From Octopus bimaculoides (taxonomy: Eukaryota), in assembly GCF_001194135.2 (NCBI RefSeq), contig NC_068989.1:92117673-92181672 (forward strand): 64,000 nucleotides of DNA. Reading direction: 5' to 3'. This document shows positions 61,938-64,000 of the stretch, one piece after another. The notes under the pieces are model-generated. The model saw only the letters and a program-made list of their open reading frames with translations, made no database searches and was not told the origin of the DNA. Numbering within the stretch: position 1 is the first letter of the stretch; each line of letters starts with the position of its first letter. The position numbers and the translations under genes are program-made.

Positions 61938-62289
61938 CATATATAAATTGATGAATAATAGGATTCAGTAGAATCTAGGGACATATCTATGTAGGACGCC
62001 AAAAGTGTCTAGGTACAATAGCATACGATCCCCAGTTAGGTGAAACAACCATAATGTTATCATATGTTGGTAGGACACTGTATATATGTGTGTACGAAAT
62101 CTAATTGAAACTGCGGATCAGGGCTTGTTCCAGGTATAGCGTTGGTTTTAAAATGTGCACAAATAGAGGGGCGGTTAAAATTTTAAACCAATTTTTGTTC
62201 TTATTTGCATCTGTGAATGAAATATAAAAATAGGCGCATAGATATATTGAAACAACGAACGATAGAAGAAAAGAACGATTGGAAATTTA

Positions 62290-62790
62290 TGCAAAGCATT
62301 AATTTATAAATTAATTATAGAGTGAACGAGCAATGAGAGTGAATGAATGAAAGATAGATGAACGAAACAAATATAAATAAATAAAAGAAGAAAGGAAAAA
62401 TCACATGAAGAAAGAAGTAAATAGAGGAATGTAAAGACGAACGGAAGGTAGGACATTTGAAATACGGGAAGATGTCGACAGAGATTACAAAACGCACACG
62501 AATATTTGAATGGAGATAATAGGGAAATAATAAAATGCAAAATAAGAAAGAATAGAAAACAAAAAGTTGGACGTAACATAAAGGAGGTAGGCGATAGCAA
62601 GGAATATTGGGATTAAATAAATAAAAATCCCAATTCAGCAGATTAGCAGAGAGATAAAACTGGATTATGATAGGTTTTAAATCACGACAATGAAACGATA
62701 GAAGAATGGAAAGTAGAGAGCGGAGAGAGCGGGACAGAGAGAAATGGAACAGAAAAGCGATTGAGTGGAAGAAGAACGTGGATTCTTGCA
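62290..62790 (+). repeat. Purine-rich low-complexity tract
   Basis: Strong A/G skew; the minus-strand ORFs are F/L/S artefacts. Confidence 0.7.
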
Positions 62791-63881
62791 GATATCCAAG
62801 AATACACACACACACACACACACACATACATACATATGTATATAAATATCTGTGTGTATATATATGTAAACGTACAAATATATTTGTAAGTGTGATTTTG
62901 TGTATCTATGCATGCATTTAAGTATGTCTGTGTGGGTGTGTGGGTAGGTTTGTGTGTGTGAGTGCAATGCTATCGCGAAAATTTAGTGGAAACTCACGGA
63001 AAATCAAATTTGGCGTAGAATGAAAAGATGTGTGTGCGTGTATGTTTGTGTATGCTTGTGTGTATATCTGAGTGCATGCGAACAGGTGTGTTTATATGCG
63101 TATATGTATCCGTCAAAGCAAAACTATGTAATTTAGTGAAAATTATTTTAAATGCTTACGCACGTATATATAAGAACACACACGCACACACACACAAACA
63201 CATGCACACTTTCATACATATATGCATATATATATATATATANNNNNNNNNNNNNNNNNNNNNNNNNNNNNNNNNNNNNNNNNNNNNNNNNNNNNNNNNN
63301 NNNNNNNNNNNNNNNNNNNNNNNNNNNNNNNNNNNNNNNNNNNNNNNNNNNNNNNNNNNNNNNNNNNNNNNNNNNNNNNNNNNNNNNNNNNNNNNNNNNN
63401 NNNNNNNNNNNNNNNNNNNNNNNNNNNNNNNNNNNNNNNNNNNNNNNNNNNNNNNNNNNNNNNNNNNNNNNNNNNNNNNNNNNNNNNNNNNNNNNCACAC
63501 ATTCATATACCTGCATACACTCTATGTGAGTGCACGTCTATAAAGCACATACGTAATATGCATGCATGGTTCTAACCATTCCGGCAGGTAGAAAAAAGAA
63601 CGCATGAGAATATACAGATAAATCTATAATGCGTACACACACAAATATACATACATGAGAAGATACCCATTATGAAACATGTATGCGTACATGCAAATAA
63701 ACTGAGCTCCCTCTATACGCTGCAACCTCCCACACACATACATATACACACGAGACACGAAATATAAGAATGTAGCGTATGTACAAATTCTACTTTCAGA
63801 TGCATGTGAAAAGAATCCTATGCATGTAGGCTAGCCTGCTCATATACACTCACACACATACTTACATATACAGACACACAG

Positions 63882-63938
<57 letters not shown>

Positions 63939-64000
63939 CATAGATGTATATGCATACATACCTACATACATAAATTCATACTTATATTAACATATGCATA

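Noticed and set aside
342-63575. Most ORFs in the supplied track (IYIY, CVCV, HTHT, LSLS, poly-D/H/M, X-filled)
   Set aside because: They are translations of microsatellites, low-complexity tracts or N gaps.

Overview
Eukaryotic, AT-rich, microsatellite-saturated draft scaffold with 8 N-gaps. It is most likely an octopus (cephalopod) genome; this is inferred from the tRNA-derived SINE families and the (TA)n/(CA)n/(GATA)n load, not from a database search. There is no prokaryotic gene architecture, CRISPR array, rRNA or intact tRNA. Almost every ORF in the supplied track is a microsatellite or N-gap artefact. The window is intronic/intergenic DNA made of: three SINE families (about 25 copies); decayed non-LTR retrotransposons (R4/Dong-like x6, HERO/R2-like x2, Tx1-like, CR1/L2-like, Penelope-like x3); DNA transposon remnants (mariner, Merlin/ISXO2, a MITE, a Helentron/DINE-1-type element); and a few candidate exons of an unidentified minus-strand gene (best at 47225-47346). 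The main signal outside the obvious annotation is a dispersed set of minimal type-I hammerhead ribozyme motifs of the Penelope type (CUGANGA...GAAA, palindromic stem III). The best preserved is at 59345-59420 (minus strand), and another adjoins a 480-bp (TA)n-centred palindrome at 10371-10850. I found no intact novel protein system; the findings are RNA-structural, mobile-element and gene-fragment leads that need checking.
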